Source: Felis catus (Eukaryota). From it: 64,000 nt of DNA. The notes beneath the pieces are model-generated. The model did not search any database, was not told the origin of the DNA, and worked only from the letters and a program-made list of their open reading frames with translations. Position numbers and translations under genes: made by a program. Shown here in pieces: positions 12,650 through 25,400 of this stretch; position 1 is the stretch's first letter; each line of letters starts with the position of its first letter. The stretch is from the NCBI RefSeq assembly GCF_018350175.1, contig NC_058373.1:101434001-101498000 (forward strand). The letters run 5' to 3'.

Positions 12650-13322
12650 GTGGTAGCCAGAATTCTAAGAATTCTAAGATGACCCCCAGTGACTCACACC
12701 CTTGCATAAGTCCCTCTTCTGAGTGTGTATGGAATGTGGCAAAGGTGATAGGATATCACTTCCATGATTATATTACACTATACAGCAAAGGTGAAGGGGC
12801 TTTTGCAATGTGATTAAGCTCCCAGATCAGCTGACTTAAAGTTAATAGGAGGAGATCATCTTGATGAATGATCAGGTAAGCCCTTTAAATGAGAGTCTAG
12901 AGTCAGAGAACCCAAGCAAGAGAAATTCTTTCTGGCTTGGAAGAAATAAGCTGCCATTTTGTGAGAAAACTTGCAGGAAGGCCACGTAGCAAGGAACTGA
13001 GGTCTCCTCTAGGAGCTGAGAATGGTCCCTGGCCAACAGCTAGCAAGAAAACAGGGACTTCAACTATACAGACATAAGGAAATGAACACAGATGCAAATA
13101 AACTCAATGGGCTTAGAAGCAGATTCTTCCCGAGTCAAGCCTCGGATAGGAACACAGCCAGGTTAACATCTTAATTTTAGCCTTGTGAGACCCAGAGCAG
13201 AGAACCCAGCTAAGCCATGCCCAGTCTACTGATCTGCAGGAACCGTGGGGTAATAAATGGGTGTTGTTTGAAGCTGCTAAAGTTTGTGGTAACTTGTTAC
13301 ACAGCAGTAGAAAATGTCTACA
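12650..13322 (+). mobile_element. MaLR solo LTR (MLT1E-like)
   Basis: tggtagccagaattctaagatgacccc... start, ggccacgtagcaaggaactga and cagctagcaagaaaacagggacttca internal motifs, AATAAAtgggtgttgtttgaagctgctaaagtttgtggtaacttgttacacagcagtagaaaa end. Confidence 0.85.
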
Positions 13323-13464
13323 AGAGAGATGACACCTCAAACAGTTAAGATCCCACATTTCACTCCTCCCATCCACTGAATACCCTGTGAAGCTTGGATA
13401 TAGTTCTTCCCTTGAGAATCAGCAGTCCATGGGATAGAAGAGATTGTGACTCTGCCTCAAAATA

Positions 13465-13498
13465 TGGATGGATGGATGGATGGATGGATGGATGGATG
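13465..13498. repeat. (GGAT)n microsatellite
   Basis: Read directly. Confidence 0.95.
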
Positions 13499-13659
13499 AA
13501 CAGCTATACAGACAGAGATACACACATATATATTTAACAAGTACTTATTGTGTGCCAGGATCTCTACTGAGTGCTTTAAATCTTTTACCTCATTTAGCTG
13601 AAGGTTTATAGTTAAAATGGTGTAGGTATTTTTAATGCCAGAATAGACTCAACCCGGTG

Positions 13660-13740
13660 GATGAAAGGAAGGGAGGGAGGGAGGAAGGAAGGGAAGAAAA
13701 GAAAAGAAAAAAAAAGAAAAGAAAAGAAAGAAAAAATTAA
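13660..13740. repeat. GA-rich low-complexity tract
   Basis: ggaa/gaaa repeats read directly. Confidence 0.85.
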
Positions 13741-13929
13741 CAAAGCAAGGAAAAAGATACAGGATTCACCCCTCACAAAGTCACAGATCAAGATGTATAT
13801 CCCAGTCCCTATAGCTCTCCAAGAAGAATATGAATGTTATCAAAGGAGGGACAAGGGAAGGACAAGTTAGATGGTATAATCAATCTATTCAGATGAGTTT
13901 GATGGCAGTTTTGAATCAAGAGTTCATCA

Positions 13930-14157
13930 GGGGCGCTTGGATGGTTCAGTCAGTTAAGTGTCTGACTTTGGCCCAGGTCATGATCTCGCAGTTCATGAGT
14001 TTGAGCTCTGCGTCGGGCTCTGTGCTGACAGCTCAGAGCCTGAAGCCTGGAGCCTGCTTCAGATTCTGTGTCTCCCTCTCTCTCTGCCCCTCCCTCACTC
14101 ACACTTTGTCTCTCACAGTCACTCAAAAATGAATAAATGTTTAAAAAAAATGTTTTT
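13930..14157 (+). mobile_element. Can-SINE (SINEC_Fc family)
   Basis: GGGGCGCTTGGATGGTTCAGTCAGTTAAG head; TSD gagttcatca on both sides. Confidence 0.95.
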
Positions 14158-16441
14158 AAGGAGTTCATCAAATCATGATATAAGTAATATTAACATTTTT
14201 TCCAGTTGCTGCCTTTCAGTGGACAGTGGACAGGTCCGTATTTACACATGTGGATATGAAATATACACAGAAGAATGCTTAAAAACTATCAGTCACAACC
14301 TGTTAAAGGGTCATGAATCAACGATCAGAAAAGTGTGAAAGCTTCTACTGATTGTTGTATGAGTTGTGAATTTCAATATTTTAAAGGAAATGGTTGTTTT
14401 TTTTTAAAGAGTGATAGACGTAACTTACTCAAAACAAACTAGATGCAGTACAGTAATAGGAATAATACCAACTGCTAAATAGCTGACCCAAATCTCAGTG
14501 GAGAGTAGAAATTTTTTCTCACTCACATAAGATTTAATTGGCAGGGTAAGGGATGGGGGTTATGTTCCACACAACCCTTCAGAGACCCAGATGGGCAAGG
14601 CTCTACCATCCTTGACCCATGATTTCTGAGGTTGCTCGGAACATCATGAACACGGGGGGCCAGAATTCAGGCAAATGAACCTTCTCAGCTTCAGAGGAGG
14701 CTAGGACAAATACCTAAATTCATTCCACTCCCATCCTCTTATCTCTTGCAAGTGCTCCCCTTTAGAGGAACCCAAGCACAACTCAGAGGGCAAGTAATCC
14801 ATTGATTATGTCCATAAAAGCCAGCTTCCCATGACCAATGTCAGGTTAGAGAATGGCAGTTAAGTGAACTTAGAGGGACCACTGAAAGATACCTGGCACA
14901 AGATTTTAATGAATCCAAAGAAGTACTAAAAGTCAGTCTATCCAAAGAACTAGTAAAAGTCAGTCTTATGAGTGAAAACCACCTAATTCTCATAGAGAGT
15001 TTTCACTAAATCAGCTAATAATTGAAGATGCTGTTAAAGAAAAACTAAGTCATTGGTAGGAGTTGACTTTGAGTTGAGATTTTGAATGTGGGAAGCATGC
15101 TAGACTAGAAGTCAGAAAAAAAATGACTTCTTGTCCTATTCCACCTAGCTTCATGATCTCAGACAAGTCACTCAATTTGGCCATGGCTTTATAGCTTTAG
15201 AAATTTATAATAATCACACCATAATCACAGACTTGATCTGAGAGGATCCAATGAGAGTATATACTTGAAAGCACTTTGTAAATTCAAACATGGGTCACAA
15301 ATAAAACTGGTTTTTTGTGTGTAGTGATTGTTGTCCTTACTCAAATTATGGTTGTAGTTTGTGAGAAATGAGTGATCCTGATTAAAATGTCACTTTCCCA
15401 GTGACATTTGAACTGAATATGAACCAGAAACATCAATCAACTTCAATGTAAAATTCACCTCTCCCGTCAATCTTTTGAAGGACTTCCTGTTTGGGTACGC
15501 TTGATGGAACCTTTCCTTTTGCCCTGGAATTGTTATTTAAGCCGCTTACACCAAAGAAACCCACAAACGAAAGAAAGCTACCCACAACAGGGCCAGTTAC
15601 CTTCCTCTCAGATTTACCAGGAGATTTGGGGGTTGGGAAATAAAACCTCAAAACCCACCCCCTTCCTTCCCAGTCTGTAGAAGACGACTGGAGATGAGAA
15701 AGGAGAATAGAGACGGTCAAGTTTGTGGGGAGTTCTGTATTCCTGGTGAGGTGGTTCACCCTAGCCCCTAAAGTTGCCTCTCTCCACCGTTATCCCAGGG
15801 AACTGAGGCAGTACCTGAGAACCCATGGAACACTGGGGATGGTTACAGAAAGTGAAGACTGCACTCTGTTCCTTGGTTGTGCTTCTACTTCCACTGCAGA
15901 TTTGTTGACCTGCCTCATGCCTGACTGAGGTAGGAGTGTGATGGGGCAGGTACAAAGAGAACTGGAGAGAGAAGACAGCACAGACAGAGAAGGGACAGCA
16001 GTGGAACAGCTTCTATTGATACCATTTAGTGGATGATCTATGTGTCTAATGCATCTTGACTGTCTCCAAGGCTGGGAGGATGGCCTGTTAAACCACTGAA
16101 ATCTCAAGTTTCTATTTTCATTCAAATCAGTGTGAGGAAGTTTCACCTCTCTATAAATTCATTAAAGGAAAATTGGGAACATTGTGTAAACTGAGCTCAG
16201 GGTCCATTTTATTTCAGTCATCAGGACTCTTTCATCCTTACATGAAATATTTACTGTTGGTTGTAAGTAAAAACGGTCTTTTAGAGCAAAACTTAAGAAA
16301 CCTCACTGGGGAAGCACTTTGTAACAGAAGCAAAAAATTATGATATGGTCATGAAAGTCCCACCGGCTTCCCCTGTCATTTAGTGCCTCTTTTAATTAAT
16401 ATCTGAAATATTAACTGCCACTTAAAAATAAACTTAGAAGA

Positions 16442-16607
16442 GGGACACCTGGGTGGCTCAGTCAGTTAAGCATCTGACTTCAGCTTAGGTCATGATCTCA
16501 CAATTTGTGAGTTTGAGCTCCGCGTAGGGCTCTGTGCTGACAGCTCAGAGCCTGGAGCCTGCTTCTGATTCTGTGTCTCCCTCTCTTTCCACCCCTCCCC
16601 CACTCGT

Positions 16608-16651
<44 letters not shown>

Positions 16652-16684
16652 AAAAATAAACAAACATGAAAACAAAATTTTTTT
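16442..16684 (+). mobile_element. Can-SINE (SINEC_Fc family)
   Basis: GGGACACCTGGGTGGCTCAGTCAGTTAAG head, (CT)n, A-rich tail. Confidence 0.95.
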
Positions 16685-17208
16685 AACTTATTAGACTAAA
16701 ACCCTTTTCTAATTCTACTTACAAAATATGGGGCACTTATTTTTCACATTTACTGTTTTAAAGCTGAATTGCATTTGAAAGTCTTTCTCTTGCTAAAAGA
16801 TTCTAGCTTAAACAAAAGTACTAGAATTAATAAGAGAATTTTATAGGGTGGTTGAATATGAGAACTATGTAAAATCAACAGCTTTTATTTATAACTAGCA
16901 ATAAATCACTAGAAAAGAAAATACAGAAAAATATTTCATTCACAGCAGTGACAAACTTTTAACTTACTAAAGAGGAAGCTGTAAAGAATGCCTCAGGACT
17001 AACACATATAAAGCTATAAAGTCTCACTGAAGGACATAAATAAGGATCTGTGCAACTGGAAAGACAAGCAACATTTTTAGGTACAAAGGCTTAGCATCAC
17101 AAAAATATGACTTCTCCCCCAAATTAACATATAATTTAAATCAAATTAAAATCCTAACAGCTTTTTTATTTTAATTAGATAAAATTATCTTTAAGAATAA
17201 ATGGAAGA

Positions 17209-17689
17209 TCGACTCTTCCAGCATGAGAGCATATAGAGTACCATGGACCTGCTCCCAGAAAAACTGGTGACAATTGTTTTTTAAAAATTGTAATTCTCTG
17301 GAGATGGTCCTCAAGGCATATAGCAAATGAAGAAACATCTACTCAAGAAAATCTACTAAAATTTGGTAAGAACTTAGAAAGTCTGTGTATTTGAACCAAG
17401 ACTGCACCCTCCCTTCACCCTCAAAGCCCAGAACAGAAACAGACTGGTGCAGTCAAGAACACGGGGCTCCCCTTCCCCTGAGCTCCCAGTCATGGGACAT
17501 CTTCTGCAGAGGTGCAGCCTGTCAGGCATTTTGCATCCTTTGCCCAGCTACCTGATGCCAAGGCTAAGTTATGGGAGAATGCAGACAAGAGGAGGGAGAT
17601 CTCTTCTTCTATCCAGCCCCCACTGGTGAGGTGAATTGTATGGTATATAAGTTATACCTCAATAAACATGTTTGTAAATTTGTAAAAGC
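17209..17689 (+). mobile_element. Internally deleted L1M (5'UTR-like segment fused to 3' terminus)
   Basis: 17209-17625 resembles L1MC/MD 5' end (gcatatagcaaatgaagaaacatctactcaagaaaatctact); 17630-17670 is an L1M 3' end (gtgaattgtatggtatataagttatacctcAATAAA); degenerate TSD agaataaatggaaga / aaaataagtagaaga (12/15). Confidence 0.65.
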
Positions 17690-18053
17690 AAAATAAGTAG
17701 AAGAATATATGCCCAAGAATAACCAAGAAAAGCATGTAAAGGAAGTACGTGACTCCCCAGATATCAGACCTTAATATAAGGCTACTATACTCAAGTCAAC
17801 ATGATATGGGTACAGGGATAGATAAGCAGATCTGAACTGAGATCAAGAAATAAAGCCCAGTGCATTAGAAGATTTAATACAGGGAAATGGTATTTCAATT
17901 CAGTGGGCACAGATGAAGTGTTTTGCCAATAGTGTTGGTATGACTGGTCACATATCTGGAAGGAAGAATAGACAAGACTCATATACTACTTCATAAATAC
18001 ACAAAAACAAATTTGAAATATATTGAAGACTTAAATGAAAAAATTTTTTCTGA

Positions 18054-18283
18054 GGGGTGTCTGCACAGCTCAGTCAGTTAGGCATCCAACTTTGGTTCAG
18101 GTCATGTTCTTGCAGTTCATGAGTTCGAGCCCCACGTCGGGCTCTGTGCTGACAGCTCAGAGCCTGGAGCCTGCTTCAGATTCTGTGTCTCCCTCTCTCT
18201 CTCTGCCCCTCCCCCCACTGAAACTCAGTCTGTCTCTCTCTCTTTCTCTCTCTCTCTCAATAAATAAATATTAATTTTTTTTA
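18054..18283 (+). mobile_element. Can-SINE (SINEC_Fc family)
   Basis: SINE body gagttcgagccccacgtcgggctctgtgctgacagctcagagcctggagcc, (CT)n, AATAAA tail. Confidence 0.93.
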
Positions 18284-19559
18284 ATTTTGCAATAATATCC
18301 AGGAGACCCCATATACAAATTAAGAGTTAGGGAAGCTTAACCGACACTAGAAACTCTGATGCCATAAAAGAGAAAATATATATATATTCCATATATATAT
18401 ATTCCATACTATAGGCTTACAAAGATAAGAGTCATAGAGAAGCTGACAAATTTAATAAAATTCTCATGTTCAACAGTAGTCAGGGAAATGCAATTAAAGT
18501 AGCAATGGGGCACCAGTTACACCTCCCAGAACAGAAAAACTGTAAAAGAGGGGTAACCTATATCACACCTAAGGTTAATGAAGAAAATAATAGGTTCCTA
18601 CCTTGCTGGTGAAAATGTTATGGCCCTTAGAGTAGTCTGGCAAAATTTACTGAAAATACATAGATACATCTCCATTTGGTTCCATTCCTGGGAACCTATG
18701 AAAAGTACCAACACAAAAGGAATATATGACGCTGAACTGTTGTAGTATTTTTTTGAAATGGATAAGACAAATAAGCAAACGAAGTGAATTTCCATCAATA
18801 AGGATTAAATAAACAATGGTACAGGGGCATGATAAATTAAACATGTACCAGAAGACTTAGATTTCTAAAAGGTATCCTGAGAGAAGCAAGACACAGAAAA
18901 TTGGATATACTGTATTCCTAGTTTTGTTCTTAAGTGGCTAAAACTACATAGGAATAAATACATATGTTTCTTTGTGCATGTATGTATTTTCATTTAATTG
19001 CAAAAGCATGGAGAAAAAAATATGGAAGGTTATCATTGTGGGTTACAGGCCAAGGGTTGGTGACTGGGGGTAAAGAGGGGTATAGGCAAAAAGGAAAAGA
19101 AATAGTAAAGAGGAACATCCCAATAAAAATGTGTATAATATCCTCACATTTATACACATATTTTAAATTGTGTTTGTGCACACAGATGTAATTTTTAAAA
19201 TAATGTATTTGACAAATGCTGTAGAAATACTAATTCTATTAGGGCATGGCTGAATGGCTAGAAAGGGCAGAGAGAAAACAAACTCTCTATGGTTGTATGT
19301 TCAACAGAAACATTTGTTTCTCTCCCCCGACATCAGCTGTCTTTTGTCAATGTCATGGAAACCTGACCTCTCAAGTGCTCCTACCTTGACATCTGAAATT
19401 ACACACAGCAGTAGCAGTTCTCATGTCTCCGTTCTTCCCTATCTCTTCACTAAAGCCAGCCCTTCACCCTCCCTGCCTTCTCCAGTAGCGGCCCATCATC
19501 GTAGCTACTCACTTCTGCATCTTCAGTCCTTTCCTCAAATCTCTTCTCCCCAAGCTTCC

Positions 19560-20930
19560 CCTCTACCTGACAACCCCTTTCACCATCAAGATTTCACAAG
19601 ACTGAACTAGTCTGCTTTCACTGACCTTCAAATCTTGATTTCCAGCCCAGATTTTTCTTCCCAGCCCCAGCCTCCTATTTCCAACAGCTTATACAACTCC
19701 ACCAAGTTTATGTCCAGGTACTTCAGGTTCATCTGGACATGGCTAGGACTGCCATAACTGACTACCACAGACCAGGTCGCTTCAACAATAAAAATTTACT
19801 TTCTCATAGTTCCGGAGACTGAAAGATCAAAATTGTCGGCAAGTCTGGTTTCTCCTGAGGCCTCTCTCCTTGACTTGCACATGGCTGTCTCTTCTCTGTG
19901 CCCTCACATGGCCTTTCCACTGGACATGCACATCCCTGGTATCTCTTCCTCTTAAGGACTCCATTTGTATTGGATTAGGGCCCCACCCTGATGGTCACAT
20001 TGTAATTTAATCACTTTAAAAGTATCCAAATACAGTCACATTCTGAGGTTATTGGGATTATGATTTCAACCTATGAATTTGGGGGGAACACAATTTAGCC
20101 CATCATGATGTCCAAAACAGAACTCATTCTCAAGGCAAACGGTAAACATGCTTGTCCTTTTCTATCTATCTATCACAGAAAAAGGTGTCAACCCAGAATC
20201 CAGAGCCAGAAAGCCCAGAGTTAACTTCTGAAATTATCTGACAGAAGCTGGGTTCTGTCTCCTTCCCCCATGCCTATCCACCTGTTCACCAAATATAGCC
20301 TCCATGTTTCCATCATCACTGGCATGGCCAGAGATGATTGTCATCCCCTTTGATTATTGCAACAACTCTAAGCCTTCTTTTCTGGCAACCAGGCAGCCCA
20401 CATTCAATCTAGCCTCTACTATTCTACTAGAGCAATCTAGTTTCCTTTTAAAATAAAACGTAATTATGCCACACCCTGTTTAGAAACTTCCACTCTCTAC
20501 TGTCCATGGGAAGAAATCCAACTCCTTTGCTTGGCACAAAGGTTTGCCCATTACCACTCTTCAACCTAAGGCTTCTTCTTATCTTCCAGCACTCTATCCA
20601 CTTGTAGCTTGTGTTCCAACAGCACCGAATGTATTTGCCCCGAATACATCATGCCCTTTCTTCCCTGTTCCTAAAATGCCATTCCTTCTCTTTTCCTGCA
20701 AATAAGGTTCTAGTCACTCCTTGTGGCCCAGATAAAAGCCTTTCTGTATTCCCAGTTAGTCAGATCCTCTTCTACTCCTCCAGGCTATTGTATCTATATT
20801 ATACACAGTTATTCAACTATTGTAATGTTTCATCTTAAACTTCCTTCTTCCCTACCAGCCTGTAGACGTCTCAAGGATGATGACTCTACTTGCTTGCCAC
20901 TCATTAAGTGTTTGTCCCATGAGTGATTCA
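19560..20930. mobile_element. L2 fragment(s), interrupted by an MLT1A LTR
   Basis: tccagcccagatttttcttcccagccccagcctcctatttccaac...tgtccaaaacagaactcatt...gattattgcaacaactct typical of the L2 3' region. Confidence 0.65.
19738..20105 (-). mobile_element. MaLR solo LTR (MLT1A/A0-like)
   Basis: gctaggactgccataac...ggtttctcctgaggcctctctccttgacttgca...ggattagggccccaccc...ccaaatacagtcacattctgagg...gggggaacacaatttagccca. Confidence 0.88.
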
Positions 20931-21628
20931 CTTGGACCTGTGTCCTGATCTCGTCAAACTCCACATGTGCAAAGTGAAACCCATAGTCGCCCCTTCCATG
21001 CAGATCCTCTTCCCAGCATCCATGGTCCTAACACGGACCTCACCATTTCTCTTGGATACATAGTACTCAAATCTTGGACTCCTCTTGGACGTCATCTCTG
21101 CCTTTATTCCCCAAAGAAAATCAGCTACCAACGTGTAGGAGTTTGGAGTTTGTTTCTCAAAAAGTCTCTCTGTTCCCAACAGAAACTGCACCCATACCAC
21201 CCTCTGACTACATTTCTGCCCTGTCTTAGGTGACATGTTTTCAGCCTCTCTCAATGCATATCCACTGAATGTTACTTCTAGAAAGGTTGCCTGAAACACT
21301 ACCTTTAAACTGTTATTGTGGTGAATCCCTATTGCCTAAAGAGTTTATTTTCAACTCCTCACTCTGGCGCTCAGGGAAGTAAACCTGCTGATCTGTCCTC
21401 ACTTCCTTCAGCTGCCCATCACAGACTCTAGGTACACCATCACATCCCCTTGCTAAAGTCTTCCCCTGTTCCATGCCCTACTGCTCATTTACTCATTCCA
21501 TACTTACTTGGAACCCTCTCTATGCTAGCCACTGTGGTAGGCTCTGAAAATGAAACAGGAAAAGGCAAGATTCATGGCTTCATATAAACCAGTTGTACTC
21601 AAATTTTACTATGTTTAAAAAATAGCTT

Positions 21629-21781
21629 GGGGCACCTGGGTGGCTCTGTCAGTTGAGCAGCCAACTCTTGATTTCGGTTCAGGATGTGATCTCCCGGGCT
21701 GTAAGATCGAGCCCCACATTAGGTTCTGTGCTGGCAGTATGGAGCCTGCTTGGGATTTTCTCTCTACCCCTCCCATGCTGT

Positions 21782-21816
<35 letters not shown>

Positions 21817-21846
21817 CTCGCTCTCTCTCAAAATAAATAAATGAAA
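21629..21846 (+). mobile_element. Can-SINE
   Basis: GGGGCACCTGGGTGGCTC head; TSD aaaaaatagct at 21617-21627 and 21847-21857. Confidence 0.95.
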
Positions 21847-21892
21847 AAAAAATAGCTAAAGCACTAGGTTAAAATGAAGAATTACTATACCA

Positions 21893-22005
21893 AACCCCTC
21901 TGCCCAAAAATTCACATTTGTAGATACAGAGTGGGGCCTAAAAAAGTTCACGTTTACCAAATACCTGAGACTCTAAGGGATCTCACTTTGAGAGACATTG
22001 ATATA
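21893..22005. mobile_element. MER5-like hAT-Charlie fragment
   Basis: gtggggcctaaaa...ggatctcactttgagagacattg resembles a MER5A end. Confidence 0.45.
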
Positions 22006-22369
22006 AACTAACAATTAAATATACATAAGAGCCATGCATGGCATCAACACAAGTTATTAAGGGAGAACACTGTACCTGAAAGGCCATCATATTAACCAGG
22101 CTAAAAAGATGGGTGTGAAGAGACTGAAGGGGAGAAACTTCCATGAAGAGGAAACAATCTGTGCAAAGTTTGAAAAGTCTGAAACCAGTTAGAATGCTGA
22201 AAACAGCTCAATCAGAGAGTCCAGTGGGAAGAGCTGGGAGATGACCAACAAGGCTGACCATCCAGTGCAGACATGTCTGGAAGACAACAGGTCTTAAGCA
22301 GGGGAGGGACAGGATTCTCAGCCCTGCATGTGCTCCCTCTTTTCCTTTCCAACAGTTCTCTCCCAAAGC

Positions 22370-22792
22370 TTGGTTAGTATTCTCACATGCAGATGATTAT
22401 TAGTCCTCAGCTGGAGACTCAAGGGTGACGCTCAGATCTCTGGAGCTCTCTTTCCCTGTAGCTTCCTTCTCTCGGGTGCTCTGCCCTGAGAATTCTGGAT
22501 AGTCTGCTGGTCTCCATCCCCAGCAACATTTCCTCAATTCAGAGAGGCCACCAGGTTCCACCTGGGCTCCCCGTCCCTTGCACCATGACCTCACATCTCT
22601 CTCAAGGCAAGAAGGTAGAACAATCATAGGGCTCATCCCATTGACTCCTGTTTCTTAGAGACCACTGCCTTTCTCTGCCTGATTCCCACTGTTCCAAAAC
22701 GTATTTTTTCATATATTGTGTCTGCTTTTTTTGTTATAACAGAAGGATAAATCTGATTCCTGTTACTACATCTTGACTAGAAATGGTAGTTC
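22370..22792 (-). mobile_element. Ancient L1M 5'-end fragment
   Basis: Ends ...ataaatctgattcctgttactacatcttgactagaaatggtagttc, resembling the reverse complement of an L1MC/MD/ME 5' terminus. Confidence 0.6.
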
Positions 22793-23220
22793 AACTCCTT
22801 ATTTCTAAGTAAAAGGTTTATGCTAATATTTCTTGATTTACACATTTGGGCATTATTTTCTTAACTAATCATAGAGATCCTTCCCCCTCAGCCCAGACCT
22901 GGCCTCGGAGTCTTCTCAAGATAGCACTGTAGTCAGTCAGTCCTGACGAATGGATTGGAGTCAGCAAACAAATTGAAACATTTTTGGCTTCCTAGAACTA
23001 GAGGTTATAGTACCTTCCAGTTCTAAAATTTTATGTGATTCTGGTTAGGCAGTGGAAGATGCAGTGAAAATCATCTAAGTTATTGAAGCTAACTAGAAGC
23101 AGTTACGATAAAAGCTTGCCAAGTGTTAAAGTTATAACTGGTGACTAAATAAAGTTGTAGAAAAAAAAATCTGTAAAGTTGCTCACTTTTTTCATCTAGT
23201 ATTAAGAGTAACAGGAGTTT

Positions 23221-23384
23221 GGGGAGCCGGGGTGGCTCAGTCAGTTGAGCGTCCAACTTCGGTTCCGGTCGTGATCTCACAGTCGAGTTTGAGCCCCCTG
23301 TGTGGGGCTCTCTGCTGTCAGTGTGGAGCCCGCTTTGGATCGTCTGTCCTCCTCTCTCTCTCTCTGCACCTCCTCTACCTGTGA

Positions 23385-23427
<43 letters not shown>

Positions 23428-23460
23428 AATAAGTATTTTTTTAAATCACTTAAAAAAAAA
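23221..23460 (+). mobile_element. Can-SINE (older member of a tandem pair)
   Basis: GGGGAGCCGGGGTGGCTCAGTCAGTTGAG head, (CT)n, tail; outer TSD aagagta(ac/gt)aggagtt. Confidence 0.95.
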
Positions 23461-23465
23461 GAGTA

Positions 23466-23693
23466 GGGGCGCCTGGGTGGCGCAGTCGGTTAAGCGTCCG
23501 ACTTCAGCCAGGTCACGATCTCGCGGTCCGTGAGTTCGAGCCCCGCGTCAGGCTCTGGGCTGATGGCTCGGAGCCTGGAGCCTGTTTCTGATTCTGTGTC
23601 TCCCTCTCTCTCTGCCCCTCCCCCGTTCATGCTCTGTCTCGCTCTGTCCCAAAAATAAATTAAAAAAAAAAAAAAGTTGAAAAAAAAAAAAAA
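23466..23693 (+). mobile_element. Young Can-SINE (SINEC_Fc) inserted at the tail of the previous SINE
   Basis: GGGGCGCCTGGGTGGCGCAGTCGGTTAAGCGTCCGACTTCAGCCAGG with CpGs intact, long pure A tail; TSD aaaaaaagagtag. Confidence 0.97.
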
Positions 23694-25120
23694 GAGTAGT
23701 AGGAGTTACACTAGGAGTTGAAAAGTGTTAAAGGAAAAACAGAAGAAAAGAGAAAAACAGTCTCTCACTTTCCACTCAACAACAGTGTAGGGGAAGAATT
23801 ACAAAATGAGGACTTTATCTCTAGACTCTTCACTTCATCCATACAAAATACCATCAATTTGCCACCTGAGGGAGTGTGCAGGCTGAAATCCACAGAATCC
23901 ATAATGGAACCTATGATGATTTCAAATATAAGGATTCAAAATGATACGTCACAGGTTTTACTTATCATGCAAATGTTCCGATTTCATGTTCCTTTAATTC
24001 TTTGAAAAAGGGAGAAAAGCAAGCCTTCAAAGAATAACTGATCAGAAGTAAGCATCACTTTAAAAAAAAGCTTTCAATCTATTTGATAAAATAGTTTTCC
24101 TAAATATGGGGGGTGGAGGGGAGGAAATACCCTGGAGGGTGCAAATTAGACAGAAATTTTCTATACAGATAAAACTAGGAAAATAGAGTGTAACAATAAC
24201 AAGGACAGTGGATCACATAACAAACCAGGAAAGGAAAGGTTCCCAGCAACCCCTGCACTGTTGAGAGGAAAATGCTATTCCACATACTCCCTTCCTCTCT
24301 TGCCCAACCTCAAGGACAGCTCTGGTAGCATGGGCACCACAGAGCCTCACTCTTCACGTGGAGGAGGTAACCTCCCTTCCTCAACTCCCCTCTCTACAGA
24401 CAGGTCTGACACAACTGATGGTGCTGGAGGAGGAAGAAATCATGGAGGCGAACTAGGGAGAGGAGACTCTTGAACACCCTCCCTATTCTCTCTCCTTTTG
24501 GAGGAAAGCTGGACGTGCCTTCATTTGCTGTTGTAAAACCAAGTGGGATCCGGAATCTAGTAGTCACTACTTTGAGGCTAACTCAAGGCAGAGGGGTTGG
24601 AAGAGTCTAAGCTATGTTTCCCAGCCAAGACCTCAGGGGATTTACTTGTAACAGGGTTTGGGGCAGAAGCTCTCTTCAGAAATGAGGAGTACACATTTGG
24701 CCAGAACATCCTCAAAGCTGAGCCTCCATCTCGGCAGCAGGTAGCTGAATCAAAAGGAAACCCTCCCTCCCCCCACACCCCGCCTCTGCTGGAACTGAGG
24801 AAGAGAACGGAGAAAGAAAAATTCTTTGTACACTTTTCATGAAGTCCCAATTCATTTGTATGCCTTGTTAGGGATTAAGATGATTCCTGCTCATGCTTGC
24901 TGACGTACATCCAAGATTATCCTGCTAAATCTCCAGAAATGCCAACTAGGAAACAAATGACAATTGTTCTCTTAAAAGACCTTTGTTTGACTGTGTGGCT
25001 GTAATGGCCTGTTGGGCTCATTCAAGTGCCAGCCTGGAGACGACAATGCAAACAGGAAGAAAGCAAACCCCTGCAAAGCAATAGACAAGGGCCACTGCAT
25101 GTCCAGCCCCACAAGCCCAG

Positions 25121-25400
25121 CGGCTGGCCTTTTACCTAATTGTTGAAGCGGGATGACAGAACCAAGGGCGGACAAGCACCGGAGGGCAGAGCCACAGCGA
25201 TGCAAGGCCTCAGCACAGAACTGGGCAGGACGTTCGGCAACTGCTGCGGGTTGTGCCCAGAGCTGGATTCGGGGCTGCTGAGACAATCACAAGTCTTGGC
25301 AGACGAGAACTGGAGGCAGCAGGGCGCCGAGGCCTCGAGGACGACCCGGGGCTTGTGCACACACATCCGCGTAGCAGGAGGCCCAGGTCTGGCTGTCTAG
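25121..25400. promoter_or_regulatory. Small CpG-enriched patch (possible regulatory element or exon)
   Basis: 17 CpG counted in ~250 nt of non-repeat sequence, in an otherwise CpG-poor window. Confidence 0.5.

Larger units (their letters stand above)
16860..18900 (+). mobile_element. Ancient L1M ORF2/3' fragment, interrupted by another L1 and a SINE
   Basis: aaaatcaacagcttttatttataactagcaataaa, ctataaagtctcactgaaggacataaataaggatct, ccagatatcagaccttaatataaggctact, gtggaaatggtatttcaattcagtggg-like segments are degenerate L1 ORF2 motifs; no intact ORF. Confidence 0.8.

Noticed and set aside
15820..15830. AACCCATGGAA, the reverse complement of the 3' half of miR-146a, checked because kB motifs suggested a miR-146a host locus
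   Set aside because: The seed half (ttcagttctca) and hairpin are absent; chance 11-mer
23466..23545. tRNA-like A/B boxes (TGGCGCAGTCGG ... GTTCGAGCC)
   Set aside because: These are the tRNA-derived SINE head, not a tRNA gene
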